64,000 bases of DNA from Lama guanicoe. Lineage: Eukaryota. The DNA lies in NCBI GenBank assembly GCA_013239625.1, contig MU054908.1, positions 3,265,946-3,329,945 on the forward strand, in the 5' to 3' direction. The position numbers were made by a program, and so were the translations under genes. The notes beneath the pieces are model-generated. The model saw only the letters and a list, made by a program, of their open reading frames with translations, did no database searches and had not been told where the DNA came from. This document shows, piece after piece, positions 50,541-62,044 of this stretch (position 1 is the stretch's first letter; every line of letters starts with the position of its first letter).

Positions 50541-51153
50541 GTAAGTGATCTTCGGGATTCTTATACCTCTTAGTTTAAATTGTGATAATACTTCTGCTGT
50601 GTGACACCCCTTCACCCGCCGCTGCCATCATCACATACCTTGTGACCCTCTGCAGCCCCCAAAACTTCCGCACCATGTGCCTCAAGGAAGGGGCACTTGT
50701 GCAGACTGCAGAGAGCTTCCGAGGGCAGACCCTGATGAATATGTTACAGAAACACCTCTCCCTCCTGAGCTGAGTGTCCTGTGGTGAAGGGGTCATGCCT
50801 TGTTATATTCCCTAGAGCAGCTGTCATGGAGAGTTGTGAATGGGTCCAAAGGATGCGGCTGATTTGTGTTTTGGTCCTCAAGGAAGATTTGAGTGTTCTG
50901 CTCAGTTGAGAAATAAGAAATGGAGGACGTTGCGTTGTTGACCTCAGGGAGGCAGACTGTATGTTCTGCTGCTTTTACTCACAAATAGGCCTCTTTGAAC
51001 CCCAGTGACCAGGAGCAGATGTCCCTCAGATTTAAGATCCTCCTTAAAAATAATATTTGCATTAAGAAGTAGAACAATAATTGTGTCAAAATGAGATCAT
51101 GGACTTTCCCAGACTTATCTAAATCCCCACACTAAGTGTGGCCTCCCTGTTTT

Positions 51154-51156
<3 letters not shown>

Positions 51157-51196
<40 letters not shown>
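51157..51196 (+). repeat. (GT)n microsatellite, about 20 units
   Basis: Directly visible. Confidence 0.97.
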
Positions 51197-51198
<2 letters not shown>

Positions 51199-51884
51199 TT
51201 TGTCAGTTCAAGGCCAGAAGGAGAACTGTCCTAAACTGGGAAATGGAGTTAAATGTGAGGAAAGAGGCCACTGCTTGGATAGCATTCCTGAGATGATGGG
51301 TTTGAAAAGTGGGTGTGCCAGAAATTTCCTGGAAAGTTTATTTTTGCTGAGTTTTAAGCCTGACTTCAGACCATTAGAGCTCTTGGATAATGCCAGTTTG
51401 TTGAAACATGTCGAGAGCCAGCTGTCCCTAGAAATGAGGTTCTCTCTTGCCAGCTGAGAGTTTTGTGGTCTGGCTCGCCCATGTGCTTGAGTTAAGCCAG
51501 ACCTTAACTTTTAAAGCAAATCGTAAGGTCAGACAGATGCTGTACTGCCAGTTGGGCTGATAGGAGTTTATCTAGACCAGGGAGCTTGTGAAAATGCAGC
51601 TCCTGACTCAGGTGGTCTGGAGGAGGGCAGGACTCTGCTGGTCCACCCATTAGGCTTTGAGGAGCTGCCTTCTGGAGGGTGTGGCTTCCTCTCAGTGCAG
51701 GAGGACCTGGTCTGACCCACCTCCATCAGGCAGTCCTTCCATTGGGGTTCAAAGTTTTTTTTTCTTTTAATTTCAGGACTCTTCTAGAAAAACGAAAATG
51801 CCCTTGGGTTGGGGTGGGGGTGCAGCAAAGGTCTCCACCTGAATTTGGTCAGGACATATGTCATTGCTATTTAAAATAAAATTA

Positions 51885-52100
51885 ATCATAATAAGAACTA
51901 AACTTATTGAAACTCACCCTTTGCTGGGCTTTGCGTGTCACACTGACTCATCTAATCCTTATGATCACCTAATGAGGCAGGTCCTAGTGTGTCTTTCTTA
52001 CACATGAGGAAACAGAGGCACAAGAATGTTTAGGTCCTTGCCCAGTGTCAAACAGCTGGTGTGAAGCAGCACTGAGACAGGCTGTCAGACATCGGAGCCC
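51885..52100 (-). mobile_element. MIR SINE
   Basis: It reads ctcatctaatcct...ttacacatgaggaaacagaggcaca...ttgcccagtgtcaaacagct. Confidence 0.78.
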
Positions 52101-52757
52101 CAGGTCCTGAGGAGGAGGACACAGGAGGCTCCTGTACGTAGCAGAAGGGTCAGGTCCTGGAGGAGGGCGGGAGTGTGACAGGGCAGCCTTGCTAATCTCT
52201 TAGTATTTCCAGTGACAATGTGGCTACATATTTGGCCTAAAGTGGTATTGTTTTGTCCACATTAAACCATTCACCCTTGTCTTTATTTAGCATTTACTGA
52301 ACATGCAGTGATGCACCAGACCTTGCGCTAGGCACTAGGGTGACACGCTGAATAAGCCACCTCCCTGCCTTCAAGGAGTGCAGTTTCCTCGAGGAGGCTA
52401 GCTGCAGCAGTCAGGATGACAGAAACAGAAATACACAACCACAGGCTGCTGCTGATCGCACTGCCGTTTTCATGACCCTGGGACAGACTCTTTCAAATGC
52501 TGAGGTTACAAAGTCTCTGCCCACAAACCCTTAACTCCCTGAAGAATTTCGCTGGTGCCTTTGTTGGTGCCTTCGTGGCATCTTGGTTGACCCCCTTTGC
52601 ATATTCCTATGTCTCTGTCTTTGCTTATGTCTGCCTTCTAAAGTGCCTTTTAGCTCCTTCCCCCTTATCTAAATCCTACCCAAGGGACTGGCCACTTCCT
52701 CCATGAAAACTGAACAGATCCCCCAGCAGCACACACCACATGGGCCTACACTCTTCT

Positions 52758-53480
52758 AGGGTGACCAGTTGTCCCAGTTTGCCTGGGACTGAAGCATTGC
52801 CTGGTGTATCGCATTTCCACTGCTGCATAACAAATTACCACAAACTCAGCAGCTTAGAACAGCACCCATATTGGCTTACAGCCCCCCAGGTAGAAGTCCT
52901 GGCAGGGCGTGCCTGGGTACTTTGCTCAGAGTGTCACTAAAGTCTGAATTTCAGGTGTCTGCCAGGCTGAATTCTCATCTGGAGGCTCTGGCTAAAAATC
53001 CATATTCAAGCTCATTCAGATTGTTGACAGAATTCAGTTTCTTGCAGTGTGGGGCTGTGATCCCCACTTCTTTGCCAGTTGTCAACTGGAGGCTGCTCAG
53101 TCCTAGATGTGGCCCATATTCTTTGCCATGTGGCCCCCCTCCATCTTCAAAGCCTCATTGGGTCGTCTTATACTTTAAATCTTTCTGACGTCTTTGTCTC
53201 TGATCTCCAGACCTGCATTTCAAGGGCTCCTCTGAAAGGTCAGGCCCACCCAGCTAATCTCCCGATCTTACAGTCAATTTATTTACACCTGCAAAACTTT
53301 CTCACAGCAATACCTAAATGTAATGTTTGATTGAAGAACTGGGTGAAGCTGTGTATACAGCAGGGGCTAGGAATCTGGGGAGGAGTCCTAGAATTCTGAC
53401 CACTACCTCTGGGCAGATGAAAGACTCTTAGCGCCAAAACTGAGACAGCCCCAGGCAAACTGAGACTGCTGGTGATTCTG
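52758..53480. mobile_element. hAT-Blackjack MITE (MER94-like) split by the MLT1 LTR
   Basis: The left end agggtgaccagttgtcccagtttgcctggg and the right end cccaggcaaactgagactgctggtga are inverted repeats of each other. Confidence 0.75.
52805..53407 (-). mobile_element. MaLR solo LTR (MLT1E/G-like) nested in an hAT element
   Basis: It runs tgtatc...gctgcataacaaattaccacaaactcagcagcttag...tcctagaattctgaccactacc. The flanks are CCTGG/TCTGG. Confidence 0.85.
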
Positions 53481-56400
53481 TTAATGAGTTCAGCAAAGGC
53501 CAGGCATTGGTTATTCTTCATTCTTTCTCACTTCTGACTCTACCCCATAGCTCTGCACGTAGCAAATTCTTGGTAAGATGTGCCGCACTTGGGTGATAAG
53601 GCAACTGATGCTTTTCCACAGCACCAGGACAGCGGGGCAAAGTGGCTGAGACTGTGAGCACCAAGTAGACAAACCTGGATTCAAATGCTCCTTGACTGGG
53701 ATCTTTGACTAGATACCCAAACTCTTGGAGCCTCAGATATTTTCCTCTTATAGACTAGGGTTAGTAACAATGTCCTCCTATTAATGTTGCAAATGACATC
53801 ATGTACATGAAGCAAGAGACTCAAAGCTTGGTGTATAGTAAGTGCCCAGTGAAACCAGTTATTATTATTCTTACCATACCAGAGCCAGTTACCTGCTACC
53901 ACCCAGGTGGTGCCTGCATGGCCATCAAGGTGCAGAGGGGAGGGCTCTTTGGCTGACCACTTACAGGCCTCTAGTGCCCGGAAAAACAGGAGGATTTCCC
54001 TGAAGTGATGTCCTGGCCAGCCTAGATAACTGAGCTCTACTCTGAAAATTCCTCCAGTAATTTAGTGCAAGAAACACATCTTCCTTCAATTTAAAACTTT
54101 TGGGTGGTACTGCGGTACAGATGTTAAATATTTGGGGTGTGTGACTCCAGAGGGTAGGGGGTAGGTTGGTAATTCTGAATCCTTTGAACATCTTAGCGGC
54201 CTCTTTGGATGAAAGGTGCATGTTGAATGTGGCATTTTATGAAATTAAAAGAAAATAATTTTCTGCTAAAACAGCTGTGGGGTCTCTGTAGACTGGAGGG
54301 ATGTCTCAAAGCAGTCAGTGGACCTTAGGGCACAACGCCCTTTGGAAAACATCTGGAAACTGCACATCTCACTCCAACACAGCAAATCAAGGATAAAGTT
54401 GTTTATGAAGGAATTCCTCAGTTTCAGGGCATTTCCTTGCAAAAAAGAAAATCTTCTAGAGCAAACTCGTGCCATGAAGTGTGCTAAGGGGGGTTGATTG
54501 TTTTAATTAAAATAATTTCAGCTTTGAATGAGTCTTTACAAAACAACACACAGACACAAATAAAAGACATCCAAACATCCCCTTCCCCTCTTCCTCTTCC
54601 TAAAGCACACAGCTTTGGCTTTAAAGGGGGACTTATTGCCTTTGTCCTCGATCCAGCAAACCAGGTGGTCACACAATCGGCAAACCAATAACAATTACAG
54701 ACATGACAATTTTCTACTTGGCTGCCACAAACAAACAGTGAGCAATGGGGCAGAGCAGGCTCTGAGGACCATCGGCAACATGGAAAGAAAAGGAAGACAA
54801 ATAGAGTTGGGTCCCAAGATTTAGACGAAGCCTCAGGCAGCTCCAGAGCTTAGAAAAAAAAAAAACCAAACGTTCTTCCCTTCCTCCTCCTTCTGCACAA
54901 ATGTTGCAATGAAGGATCCCTTAATACCTAAGCTTAGTGGAGCTTAGCGAACTGTAACAGGCCCAAACAGGGGCCGCGGTGACCTCCACCATAAATCACT
55001 TTTGAGATAGAGACTCGCCTCCCTCCCGACCCTCCTACACTACCTGCAGATGAGATTTAAGGAGTTGAAGTGGAGGGGAAGTTTTTTAAAAAATGGCCTT
55101 TTCCATTCTGTTTATTTATGTGGATTGGATTTCCCATCATGAGCAGAATTGTTTGAAATCTTCTGAAATCGGTGAGCTGTCCTGCTGTCTTTTTCCATGT
55201 CCTTTAAAAGGAAGCTCCATCCCCAATGACTTTGATGTAATTTATAGTAGTCTATTTTCAGTGGTTGTCTCTGGGCAGGAAAGGACTCTGAGGTCATTTA
55301 AGCCCAGAGGTGACCTGACGTGGCTAGTTACCAGCACCAGCCTAGAGGTTCCCTGGAACCGCAGAATCAGAATGGGGGATTGGCCCACAAGGTGCATTTA
55401 AATGCCCCTGCCCCTCATCCCACCCCTGGTGAATCTGATACAGCTTCTTGGTGGGTATACATCTGGGAACCACAGGAGGTGTAAATCGACTCCCGCACCA
55501 TCCTCCTCAATGCAGAGAGGTGAAAACAGTTTTAGAAAGAGGTCCTGATATGTTCAAGGTCATCTGATGAGTTAGTGGCAGGGGTCTCTTAACCGAGTCC
55601 AAGACTGTTTCCAAGGCCTGCCAATCCCCTGAATGGTTCTCCTGGTTGGCCCACAAAGACTGGGACATTCCCCAGCTGCTCTGTGTATTCAGTTCTTCCT
55701 CCAGGACTGACAAATGGCCCCGTAGTGGCGGCAGTGCCAGCATACTTTGATTTTACAGAGAAGCGGCTGCCTCTGGCAACCACATTCACGTCACCAAAAC
55801 CTCAAATGGAAGAAACTCGGTTTCTTGCCCAACTTACTCCATCTGGTTCAGCGTCCCGCGGGTCATTTCTTTTGTCTCTGTGTTTGTGCAAGATGGATCG
55901 TGACAGCTATATCTAAGATTCACAGTAGCAATGGTATCATTACTGGTGAAATCTTCCTTCCTTCATTCCATCCTTCCTTCTTTCCATCCTCTCTCTCTCT
56001 CAAAGAAGAGAAAGCAGCTATTCCTTTTAGCCACTAACCCTTAGAATAGTTTTATTCACTGGAGCTTGGTGAGCATCTACAGAGCTAAGCCACCGAGTTG
56101 CAAGGCTGAGTGCAGACACCGCCTCTGTGCCCAGAAACCGCCTCCCTCCCTGTCCCTCTAGTCAGGGTGCTTGTAAGAAGCACCCATTTAGGGTAGCTCT
56201 GTGCCCTGGATTTGGGCCTTCTTTTGTTACTAAAAAAGAAAAAAAAAACATTGTATTAATCTGTCATCACTCTTCAGTTTGTCCCTGCAGTCTGTGGGGG
56301 TGGGGGCGGGGTGCCGTTTTCAATTCTGACATTCACAGGAAATAGTTTATTTATAATTTAGAAAACCAATGACCTTAGTACCGTTTCTTTTCTTCCTCTG

Positions 56401-57014
56401 CTTCTCTTTTTTTCTTTCTTCTTTTTCTTTTCTCTCCCTGTCTTCCTCTCAGCCCGTTTCTTGTCTTCCTCTCCCTCCTCCTCCTCTTCCTCCCCACCCC
56501 TAGAGCTGGCACACAGAAAGAGGAGGAGGAGGAGAGGAGGGCAGGAGTAGGGGAGGGGGAGCAGGAAAAAGAGAAGCAGAAATGGGAATGAATGAACACA
56601 AGAGTGTAACGGTGATGATTGCAGCCCTGGTTTGGGCACCTGAGTGGAGGTCCGGGATGGAGTGTTGCACAATTTGAATTGCTTAAGCAATGGGCTCTTC
56701 CAGGGAACTCCCTCCTGCCGCATTCTGTTTGATGTGGGAAGCTAAGTAAAGGTTACAGTTCATTTTGCAAAGAGAGTGACTTTGACGGTCTCCATACTGA
56801 GCCCAAATTCTCTTCTCCCCCTCTCACCGTGCAGTCTCAGAAGTGGCTTTTTATTCCTACACTGGATGGACCTCAGCTGCAGTTTGAGGAGTCTGAACAG
56901 ACCTGTTACACCCAAAATAACACCCACCAACTTCTACCCCAAACCCATTCCTTCTCCTACTGACTTTAAGCACTGCGGTTTCATCCCCTGGGAGTCCTCC
57001 CACATTCAGTGCAG

Positions 57015-57205
57015 TGCTTGGCCATGTTGCAGACTGAGGCAAAAGGAAAAACTCAGTAATATATATCCTGTCTTTATTTAAATTTTTCATGTTTTATACA
57101 TCATGAATGTTTTGCATTAATTCTTATTTTTAAAAACATGGCATTAAAATAGTATTTACTTGATTACTGATTTTTCTGGATCCCCCTTCAGTTTTGCACA
57201 CCGCT
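57015..57205. mobile_element. hAT MITE (MER53/MER96B-like)
   Basis: It has an internally palindromic AT core, with aaaaactcagtaat mirrored by attactgatttttt, and begins gaggcaaaaggaaaaa. Confidence 0.65.
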
Positions 57206-57681
57206 CTCAACTTTGCCTAAACCCTTCCCGACTCTCCAGTGCAATTCAGTTGATGACCAAGTTCTAAATCCTGCTAATTCCACCTTGTAACTTTGTCTGC
57301 AGGTCTCTCTGTCTCTCTTTCTGTCTCTCTCTCAGGTCTGCTGCCACCACTCCGTAAGAGGCCACCATTGTTTCCAGCCAGGATATAGCAACAGCCTTCT
57401 AACTGGCCTTCCTGTTTCATCCACCCATGCTAGCAATCCTTTTTCTCCAGTGATTCCAGAATGACTTTCTAAACACAAAGCCTTGACTTACATCTTCCTG
57501 TGTCTCCCTACTGCCAACCAAACAAAACCCATCCTTAGCTCGACATTGAAAGTCCTCTGGTGTTTTGCCTCAGTCTTCCCTCCATCTTTACTTTTACTAA
57601 TGTATGAAACCCCTGCTTCCCTTTTGCTTGATTAGGGCGTACGGAACTTAGGTACAGAGAAAGTGTAACAATAGATCTCTT

Positions 57682-58139
57682 TAAAAAATATTTTATTTAT
57701 TTTTATTTAAGTATAGTTGATTTACAGTGTTGTGTTAGTTTCCGGTGTATAGTAAAGTGATTCAGTTATACATATATTTATATATATTCTTTTTCATAAT
57801 AGCTTATTACAGGATTTGAATATAGTTCCCTGTGCCACACAGTAGAACTTGTTGATTATTTTATATACAATAGTTTGTATCTGCTAATCCCAAATTCATT
57901 TATTCCTCACCCGTCTTTCCCTTTGGTAGCCATCAGTATGTTTTCTATGTCTGTGAGTCTTTCTGTTTTGTAAATAAGTTCATTTGTGTCATATTTTAGG
58001 TTCCACATGTAAGTGATATTATATTGTATTTGTCTTTCTCTGTCTGACTTACTTCACTTAGTATGATAATCTCTAGGTCCATCCACGTTGCAAATGGCAT
58101 TATTTCATTCTTTTTTATGGCTGAGTAGTATTCCATTGC

Positions 58140-58184
<45 letters not shown>

Positions 58185-58576
58185 CTGCAACCTCTTTGTC
58201 CAGTCATCTGTTACTGGACACTTAGGTGGTTTCCATATCTTGCCTTTTGTAACTAGGGCTTCTATGAACATGGGGGTGCATGTATCTTTTCAAATTAGAG
58301 TTTTTCTCTGAACATATGCCTGGAAGTGGGATTGGTGGGTCATATGGTAAGTCTAGTTTCAGTTTTTTGAGGTATCTCCATATAGTTTTCCATAACGGCT
58401 GCACCAACTACATTCCCACCAACAGTGTAGGAGGGTTCCCTTTTCTCCACACCCTCTCCAGCAGTTGTTCTTGTAGACTGCTTCATGATGGTCATTCCAA
58501 CTGGTATGAGGTAATACCTCTTTATATAACATTTCTCTAATAATTAGCCATGTTGAGTGTCTTTTCATGAGCCTTC
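57682..58576 (-). mobile_element. 5'-truncated LINE-1 3' end with 14-bp TSD
   Basis: ACAATAGATCTCTT flanks the element at 57668-57681 and 58577-58590. Minus-strand ORF2 remnants include [18 protein letters not shown] and MEYYSAIKKNEIMPFATWMDLE. An internal (TG)n/(TA)n tract lies at about 58140-58183. Confidence 0.95.
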
Positions 58577-58768
58577 ACAATAGATCTCTTGAGAGGTATT
58601 TGTGAAAAAATAGATCAGTGGTCAAGTTAGTTCAGAACTGGTTTCTTATTCTCTCTTCTTGGTGTTACAAAGTGATTATTAGCACATGAAAACCTCTGAG
58701 GCGACTGGCTAAAGAAACTCTTACTTGTAGTGCAATGTTCTCCTAATATTTGTGCACTGAACCTCTCT

Positions 58769-58902
58769 CTTTTTTGGAGGGGGGGAGCAGTGGGGGGGTA
58801 GTTAGTTTACTTAGTTAGTTATTTTAACGGAGGCACTGGAGACTGAATCCAGGACCTCATGCATGCTATGCATGTGCGCTACCGCTGAGCTATACCCTCC
58901 TC
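58769..58902 (-). mobile_element. Camelid tRNA-derived SINE (Vic-1 type), diverged
   Basis: The body reads ctgaatccaggacctcatgcatgc...ctaccgctgagctataccctcc. The flanks carry an imperfect TSD (ctgaacctct / ctgaatctct). Confidence 0.88.
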
Positions 58903-59599
58903 CTGAATCTCTTCTTAAAATTCAGATTAACCTTTTAAGAGGTATGTTTTGCAGAACAGTCTGATAAGCATTGGTCTAATAGTGAAAACCCTTTGGGCAA
59001 TCAATCTAAAAACCAAGGTTCTAGAACTGCCACTGGTATGGCATTTATCCCATTGTTCATGTTACATGCAATGAGTTCTGAGGAAACCAAATGAAGATAA
59101 CATTAAAGTTTTGTCCAGAAGAGTTCACTGGGAAGGTTTACAAACCAATATAGTAGGAGAAGTGGTAGTGGTAGGGACAAAATAAAGAAATTCTGCTGGG
59201 GAATCAGAAGGACTCTTGAAAAAGAGACATGTTTGAACTGGGTCTTGAAAGAGTAAGAGTTTATGGATGGACAAGATGAAGAGATACTTTCCTAAGAGAA
59301 GGACCAGTGTATATAAAGGGAACAAAAGGACATTACGTATCTTGGGAATGTATCTATGGGAACATAGAGCATGTGATGGCATGAGGTTAGTGGTGGAGAA
59401 GAGTTTCTGGAGAGGGTGAGTCCCACACTTCACAATCAAAAAGGCACTATGTGAATGGTTCCCCCTTGAGCTGTGCACAACCTGCATGCCTGAACGTGGT
59501 GACCCTGGAGTAAACGTTAGAGAGTTGGGCAAGACCACATCCTAAAGGGACATTAGAATCGAAACTTTAGTGAACGACAGCCGTGCTTACCCAAGTAAT

Positions 59600-60720
59600 A
59601 TTGCTTTTTTTTTTTAAACTTTAAATCTATACAGTGTATGATTTTAAAATCTTAAACATTTGAATACAATATAAATTTAGAGTTAAAAACAAAAGCCCCA
59701 CTCTTCCCCTTTCCCCTACCCTAAGCACAGTCTTACCCTTCTCACTCCACTCTCAGATGATATGTCTATCAGTGGTTTGGGTGTGTCCTCCCAGAATTTA
59801 CATGTGTATATTGGTACACTTATGAATATGTTAATTAAGTCTTTTACTTTAGGGGGACCACCCCTTGCATATTGTGCTGCACCTTGATCTTCTCACCTAA
59901 CGATGTAGTATGAAGAGCTTCCAATGTCAATACAAGTAGAGATGCAACCTCTGCTTTCTCATGGCTGCCATGCTGGGTATTGTGGGTCCCCTCCACCCAT
60001 TCACTCTGCCCCTTCCCCCTTGGGGGACAGCCTTGGGATTTGGGTGAGATTGGCCTCATCCCTAGTTGTAGGTAGGGGTGAGCCCTGGTTAGTGTTAGCC
60101 TCAGCAGTTAGCTCAGAATCACTCCAATCTCGGAGAGGGACAGGATCCCCGGGTGGCTGCAGGAAGAGCAGCGCACCCCCCACCCCACCGAGCTCTGCAG
60201 TGTGCCGAGGTCAGACCCAGGAATGCTGTCTTCTGAAGTGTGTGGGCTCTGAGAGAAGCCAGCTGAGGATGAAGGGGCACATGGAGGAGAGTGAGCTAAG
60301 AGAAGAACAGAAACACTGAATCTGAAACCCTCCCTACATGTGGACTTTTCCAGTAAATAAGCCAATGAATTGCTGCGTAGTTTAAGATTGTTTTGGGGGG
60401 TCCTGGCTGAAATATCCACACAGTATGCCCTGGATGGACTACTGCTTAGCCAGCCTTCTAGTGTTGGGCTCTAAGATGATTTCTGTGGTGTTTTTATTTG
60501 TTGTTTGTTATTATAAATAAGGCTGCAATAAACATCTCTGCAGTATTCTGTATATGTAAACTATGTTGCAGGAAAATAACTGAAGTGGAATCTCTGGGTC
60601 GAAGGGTATGAGTGCTTTTATTTGAATAGAAACTGTCAAATTATACCTTCAAAAGGACCTACCACCACCAGTAGAGTTTTGGGAGTGCAACATTTGCCGA
60701 TCAACACAGATGCTTACCAT
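59600..60720 (-). mobile_element. Degenerate L1ME-like fragment split by an MLT1 LTR
   Basis: It contains ttataaataaggctgcaataaacatc, gaagtggaatctctgggtcgaagggtatg and accaccagtagagt, interrupted at about 59978-60420. Confidence 0.6.
59978..60420 (+). mobile_element. Old MaLR LTR (MLT1K/L-like)
   Basis: The 3' end tggacttttccagtaaataagccaatgaattgc...tttaag is typical of old MLT1 LTRs. Confidence 0.6.
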
Positions 60721-60796
60721 CAGCCTGCAGTGGTAATGAAGTAGTGAAGCAGGGTCCTAGGGGTCCCAAGGGAGAGGACGGGGACCGGGTAAGCAG

Positions 60797-60817
60797 GGCA
60801 CACTGAGGGGGCGCTGG
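60797..60817 (+). promoter_or_regulatory. Candidate CTCF site
   Basis: The sequence cactgAGGGGGCGCtg matches the 3' core of the CTCF consensus CCACCAGGGGGCGC, but the 5' part is imperfect. Confidence 0.4.
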
Positions 60818-61544
60818 TCAGTAACCCTTTACCAGCTGCCACAGACCCATGTACTCAGTAGCACACGGGTCTCTTTGCCTGGTGCCGCACCAGCACAGGA
60901 CGGCGATTGGAACTGTCCTAGCAATGTAGTAAGTCGTGATGTTTGGTGCGATAAGCTTCTCTTCATTGTTCTTTTTCAAAATTCTCTTGGCTATTCTCTG
61001 ACATTGTCCCTCCCAGACAGAGTCAGTGCAAAAGGCTCTGATACCTAGACCGCCAGTTCCATCTTCTGCTGGAGAAGGAATGTCCTGTCCTTTCCTGAGG
61101 CAGGTCTTTGACAAGGCCTAATGGCCATTCGTTGGGTCTTTTTTTTTTTTTAATTAACTAGTTAGAACTAAAAATAAAATGACAGAGTGGAATAGAAGTC
61201 TCAGAGAATGCTAGGAAACAATGACGGATTTTTCAGCCTTTTATGAAAGAGGACCCTTGGATCGGGAGAGGCGATGTGAATGGGGAAGGCCACGCTGAGG
61301 GTGGGTGGTGGGTGGGGAAACAGCGGTGGGACTTCCACCCGGAGCTGCGCTCCCCCACCCCGCCCACCTGCCCCAGGCTAGATGGCCTCCATGTCTTGGC
61401 ACGTCTCTGGGCGGGCACAGCCCTCTACAGCCCCCAGAGCACGTCTCTGCTGATAGTTCGTGCTTCCCGGCTGCTCGCAGACCTAGCTCGCAGAGATGAG
61501 GTCGCAGTGGAAGTGGGTCTGAGTCCTTGCAGTAAGTGCCCCCA

Positions 61545-61790
61545 ACCCTTCTGGAGACATTATTCTTTAAAAGAAGGTGCCCCTTTACCCTGCCGTATTT
61601 TCTTCATGCTTCTACCATCACCTGGGACGTTAGTTAGTTATTTACTTCTATTTATCATCCGTCATGCCCTCCCTGCCCTAGAACAGGAGCGCCACGCGGA
61701 CAGGGACTTGTTTTGTTTGTGATTGTATCCGCGTGCCTAGAACAATGCCTGGTGCATGCCAGCTGCTCAGCAAATGTTTGCCGAGTGACC
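61545..61790 (+). mobile_element. LINE-2 3' end
   Basis: It reads cagggacttgttttgttt...gtgcctagaacaatgcctgg...gctcagcaaatgtttg. Confidence 0.72.
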
Positions 61791-61804
61791 GGGCGCTATG
61801 ACTC

Positions 61805-62044
61805 TCATAGCTGGGTCAGGCTGCTGTAGCAGAATACCACCGAGTGGGAAGCTTAGAAGCAACAGCAGTTGACTCCTCACAGTTCTGGAGGCTGGCTGTT
61901 TGAGATCAAGGCATCAACAGATTTGGTATCTGGTGAGGGTTCGATTCCCAGTTCATAGATGGCCGTCTTCTCACTGTGTCCTCACCTAGAGGAAGGGACA
62001 AGGGAGCTCTCCCAGATCCCTTTTATTAAGGCACTAATCCTATT
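61805..62044 (-). mobile_element. MaLR LTR (MLT1A-like) running into an N-run
   Basis: It contains ctcacagttctggaggctgg, tctggtgaggg, gatggccgtcttctcactgtgtcctcac and aaggcactaatcc. Confidence 0.85.

Noticed and set aside
56358-56723. Glu/Lys/Arg-rich 121-aa ORF
   Set aside because: It is a translation of the polypyrimidine/polypurine low-complexity tract.
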